The notes: generated by a model from the sequence alone, not told the origin. A stretch of 63,467 nucleotides of DNA, filler included, from Bigelowiella natans CCMP2755 (GCA_000320545.1; 4 parts of 4 records of this genome joined end to end with filler, not necessarily neighbours in it); one strand, 5' to 3'. Positions 1 to 14,765 are shown, numbered from the whole stretch's first letter. Program-made: numbers and translations.

Positions 1-35
<35 letters not shown>

Positions 36-202
36 CACAGGGCACAAGCCCACTCCTCCATCAACTGACCGACTGACCGTCATCACCATCACTCTGTGCT
101 ACATATCGTCTGATTTCACGGATATACTCCCATCATGCGCATTGGCTTGGCAACCTCCCCACCGCATCCCCCCCCCCCCCCCCTCACTCCCTCTACCCTC
201 AC

Positions 203-532
203 CTCCACAGATGCGTCGTTCTTCAAGACCTCCGCAATGATAGCTTCGATCTCTGTGCGTGCCTCTTGTGCGAGTTCAATCAACCTCTCCGGTCTATCAA
301 GTCCCTCTATCCCGAAAGCTCCAATTTCATCATCAGCTGCCTTTCCAAGCCCGCCCCCCTCCTCCCCGTCCCTTCCTTCCGTCTTAAACAGCGACGAAAG
401 GAAGCCTCTAGTCTTCTGGCAATGCCGAACACGGCCTACGATTCTGCCCCGTGCTAACCCTCCCCTCCTCCCGAAGGGAAAGGGGGAGCGGATTGGAATG
501 GTACTGGCTGATGACAAGACTCGACAGCGCAT
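203..532 (-). CDS. Probable first exon of a minus-strand gene running off the window start, product unknown (Arg/Ser-rich leader)
   Basis: ORF 116..532 is coding-like (MRCRVLSSAS...ELAQEARTEIEAIIAEVLKNDASVE) and ends at a GAG|gtgagg donor. It is divergent from the gene starting at 979. Confidence 0.35.
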
Positions 533-978
533 ACCGAAGACGAACGAGCTGCGAGGAGCAGGCCCAGTAGTGAGGGGGGGGAGGGAGCGACGGTGCTATC
601 TGAACAATTTTCCTTTGTAAGATGTTTCTTGGGTTAATTTTAATCTAGATAAAATTCAATTTTAGTCCAAAATTCACCCTAGAAACATCCTACATAATGG
701 AACGAACAGGTGGATCAGAAGGTTTTACTTTACCAGCCAAAAAAATTCCATGTCGCAGGTTGTTGAACGTCCCCGTCTCCCCGAAAATGTGCTGTGAAAA
801 CTTCCAGGAAGTTTCGCCGAAGAAGATTAGCCCAGGAACTTTCGGAGAACCGACGAGCATCAATACTCTGCGACAAGGATTTATCAAAATTTTTAGTAAA
901 AATAGCCTTGTTTTTTCCTCAACAAAATCGCCGAGACCATCCTCGTCGCCTCCCCCTCAGAATCCAAGCCTCACACCC

Positions 979-1546
979 ATGAGCGGGCTCTACCGTCTCC
1001 TCCCCGCCCTTGCGCTGGCGACGACATTTGCTTTGGCTGCTCGATTCTTATACCAGCGCTACTCAATTCGTGAGTCAAGAGTGTCATTGGTTTGATATGT
1101 CCTCCCCCCCCCCAACGTCGAATAATGTGGTTTTGCTGGCCAGACGCGACGAAAGTTGGCGAGGAGCAGGAAGATGACGAGGAGGAGATGTCCACTATAG
1201 ACGGCGTCAAGGTTGGCGAGGATTCCCATCTCAGCGAAACGCCGATTAGTTTTGTATGCTGCGTATCTCCTGATTTTAAGTGTTGGTTTGATTTGTGGAA
1301 GATCTGCTCGCCGGGGGCTTGGCCGCCACGCTTCGCTACAGAGCCTGAACGTCTAGTCACAATAGCTACTTGGAATACTCTGCGAAGGTTCTATTTATTG
1401 CTTTTTGATTTTTTGGAAGCCTGTGCTGATACGCTTTCCGCGTACGAATGTTTTGAGCTTTTGCGGCATGAGTAGTGCTTTTCTGTGAGCGGCATCTTCA
1501 TCGTGACAGTCCAAGCCTGTGTGCATGTGCGTAAAGCTGCGTGTGT

Positions 1547-1610
<64 letters not shown>

Positions 1611-1792
1611 ACGAGCTAGTCCATGTGTTGTAAGTGCGGGATGAGATATACAGAACATGATGTGTTTCCGTCGTCGCTGCGATGAATGTGTAACATTTGA
1701 CAGACACTATGCTTTCCGAGGCCATTCCTGGGTCATTTCACAGCACCATTCTCCCCACCCCCCTTCTTTTTCTTCTTCTCCTTCTTCTTCTC

Positions 1793-1842
<50 letters not shown>

Positions 1843-2027
1843 ACTCGTTGCTTCGCTTTATCTTTATGCTCACATCTTGATATCTTGACACGCTGGGATC
1901 ATCATCATCATCATCATTATCACCACCACCACCATCATCGTTATCGTCATCACCAACATCGCCACCATCACCAAAGTTTGCTGCGTCGCCTATCAGCATT
2001 GTCCTCATATCTAGATATACACACACA

Positions 2028-2065
<38 letters not shown>

Positions 2066-3069
2066 TTTTTATGGCCACGAAGGTCCCAAGCAAGCACAGA
2101 GACTGGAAGCATCGACAGGACGCTCTCCACAAGGAAATGGTAACAGCCCATACCCCGCAATATCTTCTTGTTTGCGTCGCCATTTGCGACAATGCACGCA
2201 GAGAAACAGCTCTCTAAATGCGCCTGTTCTGGTTGGTTTCAGTCCAAATTCTCGGCGGATTTCCTCTGTCTGCAAGAGGCCGAGCTTCGCGATCTAGACA
2301 AGGCACTTATTGCATCCCTCTCTGGCGCGACCATTGTTGTGACGATTGTTGTGGAATTTGGGCAGGATTTCGTCGAGCCTTTATCGATCTCAGGATACAA
2401 GCACGTCACCGCGGATCCAAAGTGAGGAGAGTCGCGCTTAGCACAGCAACGCAGCGTGGCAGCATGCAGGCGAATGCGACGGCGCCCCTCATTCGGCTAT
2501 CGCGCTTGTGTTTCTCTCCAGCCTTCAGCGTGCCTGCTTTTCAATCCCAAAAAAAAAAAATAAAGGAAGAGAAGGAGAGTAGCGAAGAACATATATATCA
2601 TCAGCATCATCAGCATCATCAACAACAGCCCCCACCGATAGCCCCCAACAGCGCTAAAATAACCACATAACAGGGGGGGGCATGACCATACCAAACCAGT
2701 GATATTTTATAACTCGTCGCGCTTTGAGCTGCTCTGGTGCAAGCCGAAGTCAAGGGCAGTCGTAGCGCATTTTAAGGTGCTGCCATTCGTCATCGATACA
2801 CACCCTTCTCCAGTATGATTGCAATCACGCATCGATTATTGCTGTATAAGGACAAGTAGCAGTAGCGAATTTGTCAATCCGCTTGTAGCGTGAAAAGTGA
2901 TGTTGATCCTAAAACAACGAGCCTTTCTGGCAATGTATCTTTTTGTTATATATATTATTTATATATTCTTAGGAGATAACGAGTGATAACAGCCTCATCA
3001 TTGCATCTTGTCATCTTCAAGGAGGGCAGCAGGCCCCAACAAGGCATGGAACTGTTGTTTTTCACAATG

Positions 3070-3120
<51 letters not shown>

Positions 3121-3387
3121 GCACGCACATATGCACACATATTTAGTCATTTGCGGATGAGTAGCAATGCCTTTGGGGTTAGTATCCTTATTTACTTATT
3201 GATTCATATACTGATATGTTTAAATATATATTATTCGTGTGTGTTTGTTTGTGTGTGTGTGTGTGTTACAAACAATATTGCATTAGATATACGCAAGGGC
3301 GCAGCATTCTCAAGGTCGAAGCAACAGCATATTAAATATAACACACACACACACACACGCGCACACACACAACACACAACACACACC

Positions 3388-3420
<33 letters not shown>

Positions 3421-3551
3421 TTATATTCCAAGTCGCCAGCTGCGCGCGATGTGGCAAAAAAATACCAAAAGCTATACCCAACCGCATATTAAAGCGGGTG
3501 CTCTTCCTCGAATATTTCTTCCCCATGAGCAGCACATACACGGCGCTACGC

Positions 3552-3587
<36 letters not shown>

Positions 3588-3699
3588 AATATGCGCTCTA
3601 TACGCTATAATTAGGCAATTGACCATCGAATGCGATCCTTAGACCCTGGATCCCCAAGGGCGCGAAGTAAGACAAAAATGAAATTCGTAAATAACCAAA

Positions 3700-3768
<69 letters not shown>

Positions 3769-3993
3769 GTGTGTAATTGATCGTGTGCCTTGCGTTTGGC
3801 GTGGTTCTCCTCGCTACAAAGGCGCATCGAGCTCCAGAAGTCCTGGTAGGAAACGAGGAAAGAGAGACTCCTCTTCCCGTGATGATAGCAGCTCCAACAA
3901 CGAAGAAAGCTCTCAGGCCATCGGTCACGTTTCGAGGCCTAAGGTGTGTTGTTTGTGAACCGCACTAACTTCACTGTTATGTTCATATTTTGA

Positions 3994-4024
<31 letters not shown>

Positions 4025-4158
4025 ACTCGATACCACCCGTCCCTCTATGCAGGAGAGCGAGACGACCCCTCCAAGGCCTGCTTGCATCATCTGTGGAGAC
4101 TTCAATGCGGTAGGTTCATTTTTTCTGGGAGGATCAGATATCAATCTTGTTACTCTCG

Positions 4159-4197
<39 letters not shown>

Positions 4198-4609
4198 ACT
4201 ATCTTCAAAGAACTTCTAGCTGCCCGATGTGTGCTTATGTGTGCATCGACGATTCTAACCCTTCGCCCTTCTCAGTACCGAGATGATCCGTCGATACGGC
4301 TGTTTAAGGCAGGTCGCTTCTCGAAGAAAGACTGGATTATAGATGGTAATTAACATCAGTATTATTGTTTACTAGCTGTATAGTATTAGTAGTAGTAGTT
4401 GTCGTAGTCAGAGGGGGGGGAGAAGGTTACCAAGCCATATTTTGGAATCCAAGCAAATACCTCATAAAAGCGTGGTTTTTATAGAAGCATAGTAGCTTAC
4501 CTAGGGGGGGGGGGAGGGAAGATAGTCGGCAGTAGGATTATGACAGCTTCATGTGATATGCTTTATCTATATTTATTGTGTGTTATAATAGAGATTCATC
4601 CTGATATAA

Positions 4610-4653
<44 letters not shown>

Positions 4654-4666
4654 GTGTAGATAGAGA

Positions 4667-4709
<43 letters not shown>

Positions 4710-5057
4710 GCATACACACACGTATACACATGTTCATTATACGCAATGGATACGCGTTGTAAGCATGCTAAATACCCATCAGATGGAGAGCCTCCCCGCC
4801 GCATCGACTTCAGCGCTCCGTAATAGCCCCCTGCAAGCACCCATTTGTGTAGTTGTGCTATTCGTTGTGCTTTCATGGAAAGTGCCAAGCTTGGAATTCG
4901 TCAATAAGGAGGCCTGCAAACAGCTTTCTGATTTACTTGATGCCAGAGAGTTATTGCCTTACTTTTTGGTGCTTGTATGCGTGTGTGTGTGTGTGTTTCG
5001 ATGTGTGTGCGTTGTGCATAATTATTAGCAGTTTTTATATATCAATATAAATAAATA

Positions 5058-5103
<46 letters not shown>

Positions 5104-5282
5104 GTGTGTATACACACGCACACACGTGTATATTTACATATTCGATAAACATCATCAATCCAGAATGGTTGGAGGCCTGGCAGATGCCTACTCAGTGATG
5201 GATTTGAAGGGAGAAGAGGGAACTCGGCCGTACACGTTTCAGTGGGGGGCGATGATGACAGAGGTGCCTTATCAATTGATGA

Positions 5283-5328
<46 letters not shown>

Positions 5329-5569
5329 TAATGATATAATTAATAACCAACCCGCCTACCAGAACAAGGTACACCGGATGATCATCGATTATATACTGCA
5401 CACCCCGCCGCCGCCTCCTCCGAGTCCGTCCTCCCCCCCCCCCGACAGTAAGGGTGCGAGCAGCTCTGCAACGTCATTCAAAGCTAAGCGGCCTAGGCAG
5501 CAAGACGCTCTCCACAACAGATCTGGCCTCAAACTACGGTAGTGAGAGATAGAGGGGTGGGGGTAGGGG

Positions 5570-5614
<45 letters not shown>

Positions 5615-5954
5615 CATATACTACAGCATATTCCACCTGAGATAGCAGTTATCATATAACACTCGTACTTCGCATTGATGTCTAAAGGGCTTTGAGGACG
5701 CCATTAGGCCCTCGAAGGCGGAAGGAGATGGCTCGCAATGGGGTAAACAATAGTGAGAAAGCGTGGCCATTTTTCGCACGCGTATCGCTAAGTAATAACG
5801 ACTATACTGAGGAAGATACAAAAAGTAAAAATTGAATAGATTAGCGAAGCACACGCACGCAACATCGAGGCGCGCGAGATCTTCTCTTGGAATAGAAAGC
5901 AAAAGCAGTTACTTGAGACACACAGAGTAGTTCAAAGGCATCTATAATCGCACC

Positions 5955-5987
<33 letters not shown>

Positions 5988-6208
5988 ATAGTAGTAGCAG
6001 CAGCAGTGGTAGTACCACAATCATTATCGTTACTTTTTACAATAATGGCAAGTTGGATATCAGCATTCCTTATGATTGCTTTCTTGTTCTTGTGATACTA
6101 ACACAAACCGTGCAGGTTGGAATTCCCAATGCGTGGCACCCTTCAGATCACTTTCCGTTGGCTGCGGTCTTTGAGTTTGCCGCTCCTAAACAGCGTCGCC
6201 TTCACTGA
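979..6208 (+). CDS. Multi-exon endonuclease/exonuclease/phosphatase (EEP) protein, CCR4/nocturnin/Angel-like
   Basis: EEP motifs appear in order across exons: IATWNTL (~1362), RDWKHR (~2098), ADFLCLQE (~2255), IIASCHLQ (~2995), IICGDFN (~4086), LADAY...YTF (~5177), IIDYIL (~5380), GIPNAWHPSDHFPLAAVF then TGA at 6206-6208. The ATG at 979 is followed by a hydrophobic leader. Confidence 0.85.
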
Positions 6209-7121
6209 AGTGCCGATGTACGAGCTCATTGCGCAAGTCGATTATTCTTGTGAATCTGTATGTTGCGAATGTTGTTCGGGATTCAATATTTTTCGCGCAC
6301 GCAAAGCGCATAATAGACACAGCAATTCATGCGCACACCTAATAATTCTGCTTCCAAATGACTCAACAATATGATAGATGTTCGACATAATCGACTTAGC
6401 GTGGCAATAAGGCCACGCTGCATTTATGCTAGACACTTACATGCCAGAGCAATATGTGGAGTAGCACGAACGCGCATGTGCACACATGCGATTATATGCA
6501 CAATAAGAGCACGCTAGTAAGGGCTTGCTAAATATTGCCAATTCGTAAGGTTAGATTTTGCGCTGGATTCCTTGGCAATGATGCAACAAGGCACGCATGA
6601 TCGTAGGTGCGATATGCAACAGCTCCTCAAATGCTGTTATTGTCTAGCTGTGCTAGCAACGTGCAAGAAAAGTCGATGCCGTGACTCTCGATCGACGCTG
6701 CTATTACTGCAGCACACTACACGTGGGTGCTAATGCATGCACACGCTAGCTGCGGCACCAGAAGCCACATGTAGCACAGCTCGCAAGCGTCACAGCAAGG
6801 TACGTACGCATGGCACGTAGCTCGTCATGCAACGTGTGCTGTGCCATGCTAGCATGCCATATCGCATCCGCGCTCATGATTTCGGTGCTGCCTCGAACAG
6901 ATAGTTCGGCAAATTGTTGTAGTGCAACGCGTTCATTTGTCATTTTAAAATTTCATTTCAAGTTTCAATGCAAATTAATGATGAGATGTTCCTCTTGTGA
7001 TACTGGAGATACTGGAGACCGCGAACTTGTTTGAGAATCCTCGCTTGAGCCCACAAATGTAGCGGGTTGCTGACGGCAAACAAACTGTCCCTTTTTGTCG
7101 TTCACTATCCTCTCGCGTCAT

Positions 7122-9961
7122 TTACAAAGCCAAGCTCATGCTACTCATGTTGTCTTTCTCAAAGGCTAATGATCCCACACTTTGCTGCGTTGGTGAAGGC
7201 TGGAACAGCACCTTGCCCTCCAGAATCTCCTCGTCATCACTTTCACTATCAGTTTCGTCAGAGATAAACTGGCTCTTCCTCTCACACCTCGTTCGGAATA
7301 CCAGTCTATATGTGAGACCGACACGTGCAGCAACATGAAAGGCCCTGGTGGCATCCAGCAGGGTGCGGACGGGCTCATCGTTCACGTATAGAATCCGCCA
7401 CCCTTTCCGTATTTCCATATGCTCCGCCTCGGTCTCCTTAACCACTTTGGCTACTCGCAGCTGAGAGTTGATAGCGAGGCCATTGTCGCTTCGATTGAGC
7501 CATACTTCTTTTAAAGGCTTCCAAGAACCGCGTTTGAGTACTGTCATCCAGTAATGAGACTTATTCCGAAGGCTCTTTTGAATTAGGGCCGAGGCGTCTT
7601 CGTCAGGGTGCAGCAGAGTGCCATTGATGGCAATCGCTTTTGCGCCTCTGGCAAGGCCGAATTTTTGCATTTGGGAGCTGGGGCTCAGCTGCGAGACTTT
7701 GTGGGACTCGTCGAGAACGACGCCGTCGAGGCCGGAAAGCTGCAGGTCGACTTCCACATTGTAGCCATCATTGTATTTCTCAATCTGGCTACGGACCGTT
7801 TGCACGCACCACACCCGAGGGTTGGTGGGGAGGAAGAAGAACATCTCTATGATCAAGATGGTTAAGATGCGGAGCGAGATGTCCTCACAGAACATTGTCA
7901 GGGAGTCGGGCGTCCACCTATTCGACCCGCCTTTGTTGGACAACACGCAAATGATGAAGAAACAGCCGAGTATGATCGTAGCCAGCGCGCATAAACCGAA
8001 TACATCTCGATACGTATATCCCGAATTCTTCAGCTTGGGATCGTCTCCTCTGCGTATCGGTTCTCCACAGCACCCTTTCTTATCTTCCTTCTCACTCAAC
8101 TCATGCCCCAAGACTGATGACGTTAACTCCATCGTAGAGCCCCCCCACCTTATCGAGTTCAATCTTGTAAAGCGCCTATTGCTAATCTTCATATCCAACT
8201 TCTTGGACTTTTGCTGCTTCTGAAAAGCAGCTAGACGCTCCCCGGGCAGTCGCTGAAGTGAAGATGAAGGCGAGTATTCACGTTTTACCTTTTCGCGCCT
8301 CCCCGAGAGGAGGGATCCAATGAATACGTATTTTTTCCTCCTTTCACCATTTCTGGCAGGTTCCTGGAACATGGCGGCAGCATTTGCTCCTGCAAGCGCA
8401 GCTTCATTGAAGCCATCGTCATTTTCATCATTGTCTTCGGGCTCGATTTCCTCGAGGATGAGGGCGGCGAAAAAGGCGAAGAACGCCGCTAAGCAGCCTT
8501 TCTGGCTCACGATGGCGTCACCTTTGATGTGTAGGTGTCCAGGAATAGGACGCATGAATATTCGAACAGCGAAGATCGGAGTAGGAAAACTGAATATCAC
8601 AGCAACAAGCATCGCCGAACTCTCCCCGCTAAGGAGGGGCACCGACTGCGCCTGACCCCTTAGTAACATGAGGACAGCCATGCTGTTAAACAGTAACGCG
8701 CCAAGTATCATCGAGCGCTTGACCGTGTTCATAAAGTCCCCGGGGAGGTGAAACAGAACCGAAAGCCAAGGGTGTTTTTGGCGCATCCCCCAGCGAAGCC
8801 TCTTCCGGAAGTTCCGAAGGGATCTCTCAGTGAACCTGAGGTGGAAATTCTCGTTGTACTTCGTCCAAAAATGCTCCATGCTGCTGCTCCGTGACTTGGC
8901 CTTGTCGACCTGCCCCCCCAGAACCACGGCCGAAGCCAGGATAGAGAGGACCACAACGCACAACACAAATGCAGGGTTTGACGTCGAAAACGCCTCCAGC
9001 GTAACGTCCTCCGCACTTATCGTATTCACGCTGATTTTGAATTCGAGGGAGGAAGAGAAGGCTGTAAGATGTGTGGACGCACACACCAGCCGCTTTCCTC
9101 TTTGGTCTTTGTACACCCCCATGGTAGAGACCCCCTCGTCCGACCACCGTCTTCTCCGCTTGTCCCAGAACTGGCATTGCGGGCTCGAATCCTGCATTTG
9201 TGCTGTCGTTAGGTTGTAGGGGATCTCGATGATGTAGGGGTCGGAGCGCGGCACGGAGTTGTTGAACCCCGAGCTTCTATTGCCGACTTCAACGCCAGCG
9301 ATAATAAGCGCCGCCTTGGGCTGGGCTCGCACGCTAGAAGACTGGTTGGGGGAGGGGTAGGGAGACTCACGGAGGGTGGTCATCGATACCCTCGAGCTTC
9401 TGCTTCCTGATGGAATTGCTAAGCTCTGACTGAGATTGAAGACACTGTTATATGAGTTGGAGTATACCTTCCCTGCCAGAGAGTCAGCGCCAACCTTCTG
9501 AGCAACGATGTTCACGTCTCCCACATCGATCTCGATGGCGTTCTCCCCCTCCGCCGCCTCTTTCACAATGCCTGACCCGAGAGCTACCACAGTAGCCTCA
9601 ATCTGCATCCCCAACCTCGACTTCGCTTTAGGATCAACTGAAACGGACGTTCCAGACGAGCTCTGCAGGATGTTATCAATCGCGGTGACCGTGGATGTGA
9701 CCGTCCTATTCGAGAAATCATTGCGCGGGTTGAGAGTCACATTCTTTATCATCCTCATCGCCAGCGACCTCATGGAGGAGGTGAGGTCATCAGGGTTGGG
9801 GGTCGACGTCACTGCCTCAATCAAACTCACGGGAGTGCTGATCGCAGCGTATTCATCGCTCGAGTCCTCTTGAACAAGACTGCTTATCTTTCCAAGCAAG
9901 TCTCCTCGCACTTTCCGTTGCACGGTCACAGTAGCTGACTCGGCTGCTTCGCTAGCGCTTC

Positions 9962-9994
<33 letters not shown>

Positions 9995-11542
9995 TGCTAT
10001 TCGAGTTGAGTCTGGTGGAGTTCTCGATCACCAAGGCGCTTTCCGAGTTGAGAATGGCCACAGCCCCGGATACCAGCACGGCGAATGACTCGACGTCTCC
10101 CTGCCCCAACCGCTGCCCGATGTCGGACAGGCTGTCCTCGACGTTGAGCGCCCCTACAGCGAGAGAAACGGTCATCGCGGACGATACGGTTGTCGCACCA
10201 AGGCTGTCAGAGATGATCGCTGTGATGGTCACGTTTCCAGAGTCCCCGCCCGGGAGCTTGGTGTTGATGGTGTCCAGAAGCCGAAAGTCGCACAGGTCGG
10301 TCAGCTGCGAGCGCTTGCTCTCCCCACCCGATTGGTACACAAGCATGCTCTGATACTTATATTTCAGTGGCACGTCTTCGTCCTCCCATTGCCTACAGCT
10401 CACAGAGAATTCCGTGCTCAACGCAATGCCGTAGGATGGCGCCACCTCGCAGAGGCCAGAGGAAGGCGGAAGGTTCATCACGACGTCGACGAACGACGAG
10501 CCTGTCAGCCCGAACTGCGTCGTGGCGGATGCGCGGAATATGTAGCTCACGCCCTCGGTCAGGGCATTTGGCGCGAGGACAAGAACCGAGCTGTTGACGA
10601 CCGACCGCACGTTGGACGAATTCGAGAGGTCAAAGCCACCGGACACACACTTCCAGTGGAAGCGTAAGGCTTCATTCCCCGAAGTCTCTCCCCGTGCCCG
10701 GAGAATCAGCCGCTCATTAGCGTTATTTTTCATGACGGTGGAACCCCCGAGCGCCCCTCCTTCGACTACCGCGCTGACTATCGGCACATCGCGTGCTATG
10801 GTAAACAAACTTTGGCTCGCAGAGGCTACACGACTCCGGCCAGCAAAACCCGGAAGGCCGGTGGCTGAGGCTGTGACTCTGTACATCTTCCCTGCGTTGA
10901 GAAAGGCAGTAGAGACGGTGACGGTCGATGTGTTCGCACTGCTCAGGGCTTGGGGCACAAGGCTTGCCGTTGTCACATCTTCTAGGGTCCAGTAAAACGA
11001 CAGGGCAACGGTCTTATTAGAGGGATCAACGACCGGCGTAGCTGATATTTTGAAGAATCTTGGTTGGGCTGATGTGACGGGGATCTGACGAATCGACCCC
11101 CCGGAAATGGATATGGAGACTGGCCCGCGATCGAGCTGTAAGAGCTGTGTCAAATTAACCTCCCCAACCAAAACCGGCGGCGCGGCCGTGTTGTCCATTG
11201 TTCGCACGTGCAAGTTCCATGCGTAGGGAAGCGGACTCGCAGGCAGGTCTCCAGAGTTTACCACCAGCGTCGCTCCTACGGATGGCAGCGACGACGATGG
11301 ATGCTCTGCCACGGTGTAATTCTCCCCGTTTATCGCATGTACCCCTGACGTGAGTGGAATCCACGTGGCGAGGGTGGCAAATAGATGGTAGGGGCGTGCG
11401 GAGCCAGGGCAGCCGCTCGGAGGGTCAATTCTTGCCCTAATTATCACCTGCTTGTCCGAGGATGATGTTACTAGGAATCCTGTGTGGAAGGAATGGGAGT
11501 ACATAAGTATACGTGTCATCGCAAACTCATACTACATAATTA

Positions 11543-11619
<77 letters not shown>

Positions 11620-11739
11620 TATAAATATACACATATTTAGGTGATTATTGGGTTTAATTCGTTTGATCCTCACAGTACACGCATACTGCAAGCACAGCAC
11701 AAGCAGTGAAAAAGATAATATAATGTAAAATTACACACA

Positions 11740-11780
<41 letters not shown>

Positions 11781-12950
11781 AGAAAGGGGCCAGGGGGAAA
11801 AGGAGAAAATAATAACAGATACGCTCTCATAACCTGCGGATAACTCGACAAAAGGCGGTTCGACGCTCGATCGTTTCTCAAAGGTGTACGCGACCGTCTT
11901 GGTCTCGAGTAAAAAGTTTGTTACGGCGACCCGAAATGTGTGGAGGCCATCCGTGGTGAAGTTCATCGATTCTAGCGTGAGACGCGAAACGCCCGAGCCT
12001 ATGCGGTTGAGGTAGCTATTAATGCGAGAAGCTTCCTCAGTGTGCGAGGTGTAGTTCCAGGAGTATGATAGGGCTCGCCCTCCAGAGCCTGTCGCAGAGA
12101 CCAAGATGCTTACTTGATCGCAATTTCCAACCAGTTGGGGGCCTGACCAGTGTATTTAATTAATTCACGTGTGTTGACGCATGTATTCGGTTTGTGGAAT
12201 GTGATGGGCGGATTCGTAAATGCAAGATCAGGTGCTCCGCTTCAAGGTTCTCAGTACCCATGACACTGGCCGACACCGGTAGGGGGTTCTCCGGCTGCTG
12301 GACGGTGGACACTTGCGGCGAGTACAGAAACTTGGTTTCGCCAGGATCGGACACGGTGTTGTTCCGAACCTCGAACGAATCTCCGACAGTCACCGTCGCT
12401 CCTTTGCCCAGAAGGAGAGCGAGCTCGTTGGGCTGCGTCCAGACGCATTTATACCTGGGGCATCATGTGCAGCGTGTTTGAGAGAAAGGAGAGTAGGAGT
12501 GAGAGCTAAGCCAGGAGGGGAGGGGGGAGATGTAGAGAGAGCGAAAACGCGGATAGCGTGCAATAGCAATATCTACAATAAATCATTGAGAGCTTTGAAG
12601 AATGCTGAGCTAGTGGTAGTGGTTTGAAATACCCCTCGCCCATAGTTGATAGGAAGCCCGCATCGAGCATACGAGCACATGCAGCTTCGTTTGTAGGGGC
12701 GGTGAAAGTTATCCTGAGAACGGTTAGGCTGTTGTCGAAACTGGCCCCGCTTAGTTGCGGCGTAGTGATCTGTTTGGGAAATTGAATAGGATATCCATTA
12801 CTGTAAGATGCAGCCAAACCCTTGTGGAGCATATACATGCATAGCATCATGCACTCTCAACACACAGAAACGCATAGACGCCCGGGCAAAAAGAAACACG
12901 TAAACGCTTTTAATGTACAAGAGTTACCCTCAGGAGAATGCTATAATTTT

Positions 12951-12994
<44 letters not shown>

Positions 12995-14765
12995 GTTTGT
13001 GCGTGTGTGTGTATGTGTATACTATATTCAAAGTTAGGATTGACTGCTAAGCCGTCCCATGTGCAAACACAAGCGTTGTGTATTATTATTATGTATGTGT
13101 TTGAGCTACTTCATAGAACAGAGACAGTACAAAAAAACGTATGATATTACTAGTTGCACGACTACAACAAATCATAACCTTGGGTATTTGTGGATTTATG
13201 ATGGCAGGGATGAAGGCTATAGTAGGACATCTTGTAATTGGCGATGAAGTAGGATTTATGACTGGAAATGGAGTAGGATTATTCACTGGGAATGCAGTGG
13301 GGTTTATAACTGGAAATGGAGTAGGGTTAATCACTGGAAATGGAGTAGGATTTGTCACTGGGAATGGAGTAGGAGGAGCAAATGTTGGGAACGAATTCGG
13401 ATTACTAGCTGGGAATGGAGTAGGGTTAATCACTGGAAATGGAGTAGGATTATTCACTGGGAATGGAGTAGGGTTAATCACTGGAAATGGAGTAGGATTT
13501 GTCACTGGGAATGGAGTAGGAGGAACAAATGTTGGGAACGAATTCGGATTACTAGCTGGGAATGGAGTAGGGTTTGTCACTGGGAATGGAGTAGGATTAT
13601 TCACTGGGAATGGAGTAGGGTTAATCACTGGAAATGGAGTAGGATTTGTCACTGGGAATGGAGTAGGAGGAGCAAATGTTGGGAACGAATTCGGATTACT
13701 AGCTGGGAATGGAGTAGGGTTTGTCACTGGAAATGGAGTAGGATTTGTCACTGGGAATGGAGTAGGAGGAGCAAATGTTGGGAACGAATTCGGATTACTA
13801 GCTGGGAATGGAGTAGGGTTTGTCACTGGAAATGGAGTAGGATTTGTCACTGGGAATGGAGTAGGAGGAGCAAATGTTGGGAACGAATTCGGATTACTAG
13901 CTGGGAATGGAGTAGGGTTTGTCACTGGGAATGGAGTAGGATTTGTCACTGGGAATGGAGTAGGAGGAGCAAATGTTGGGAACGAATTCGGATTACTAGC
14001 TGGGAATGGAGTAGGGATTGTCACTGGGAATGGAGTAGGGTTAATCACTGGAAATGGAGTAGGGTTTGTCACTGGGAATGGAGTAGGAGGAGCAAATGTT
14101 GGGAACGAATTCGGATTACTAGCCGGGAATGGAGTAGGGTTTGTCACTGGAAATGGGGTAGGATTTGTCACTGGGAATGGAGTAGGAGGAGCAAATGTTG
14201 GGAACGAATTCGGATTACTAGCTGGGAATGGAGTAGGGTTTGTCACTGGGAATGGAGTAGGGTTAATCACTGGAAATGGAGTAGGATTTGTCACTGGGAA
14301 TGGAGTAGGAGGAGCAAATGTTGGGAACGAATTCGGATTACTAGCCGGGAATGGAGTAGGGTTCGTCACTGGGAATGGAGTAGGTGGAAAAGGAGTAGGA
14401 TTACTCACTGGGAATGGAGTAGGATTACTAGCTGGGAATGGTGTAGGGTTAGTTACTGGGAATGGAGTAGGTGGAAAAGGAGTAGGATTACTCACTGGGA
14501 ATGGAGTAGGATTACTAACCGGGAGTGGTGTAGGGTTAGTAACTGGGAATGGAGTAGGTGGAAAAGGAGTAGGATTACTCACTGGGAATGGAGTAGGGTT
14601 GTTCACTGGGAAAGGAGTAGGAGGAGCAAATGTTGGGAACGGATTCGGATTATTCACTGGGAACGGAGTAGGGGGAGCAAATGTTGGGAACGGATTCGGA
14701 TTTGCATGGGTAAATGTTGCCACAAGAAATGAGAGAGCCCATAGCGCATGGGAATTGTATTTCAT
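7122..14765 (-). CDS. Giant polycystin-1-like receptor: signal peptide, Pro/Thr (NPTPFP) repeat stalk, REJ domain, GAIN/GPS, several TM helices, two C-terminal PDZ-like domains
   Basis: Signal peptide MKYNSHALWALSFLVATFTHA at 14765. REJ-type segments GPQLVGNCD...GSGGRALSYSW (~12140) and NLPPSSGLCEVAPSYGIALSTEFSVSCRQWED. GPS CQFWD...WSDEG...CASTHLTAF. PKD1-like HPWLSVLF after TM1. PDZ-like GLAINSQLRVAKVVKETEAEHMEIRKGWRILYVNDEPV. Several introns lie between 11500 and 13180. Confidence 0.85.
13240..14702 (-). repeat. Coding tandem repeat array (24-nt NPTPFPVT units and longer NPNSFPTFAPPTPFPVT units) forming a mucin-like stalk
   Basis: Repeated gggaatggagtagg units are directly visible and translate to NPTPFP repeats in ORF 13089..14822. 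Confidence 0.95.

Noticed and set aside
1395-5323. Many short ORFs with HTHT, YIYI, CVCV or poly-amino-acid tracts (also throughout 23148-63467)
   Set aside because: They are translations of intronic microsatellites.
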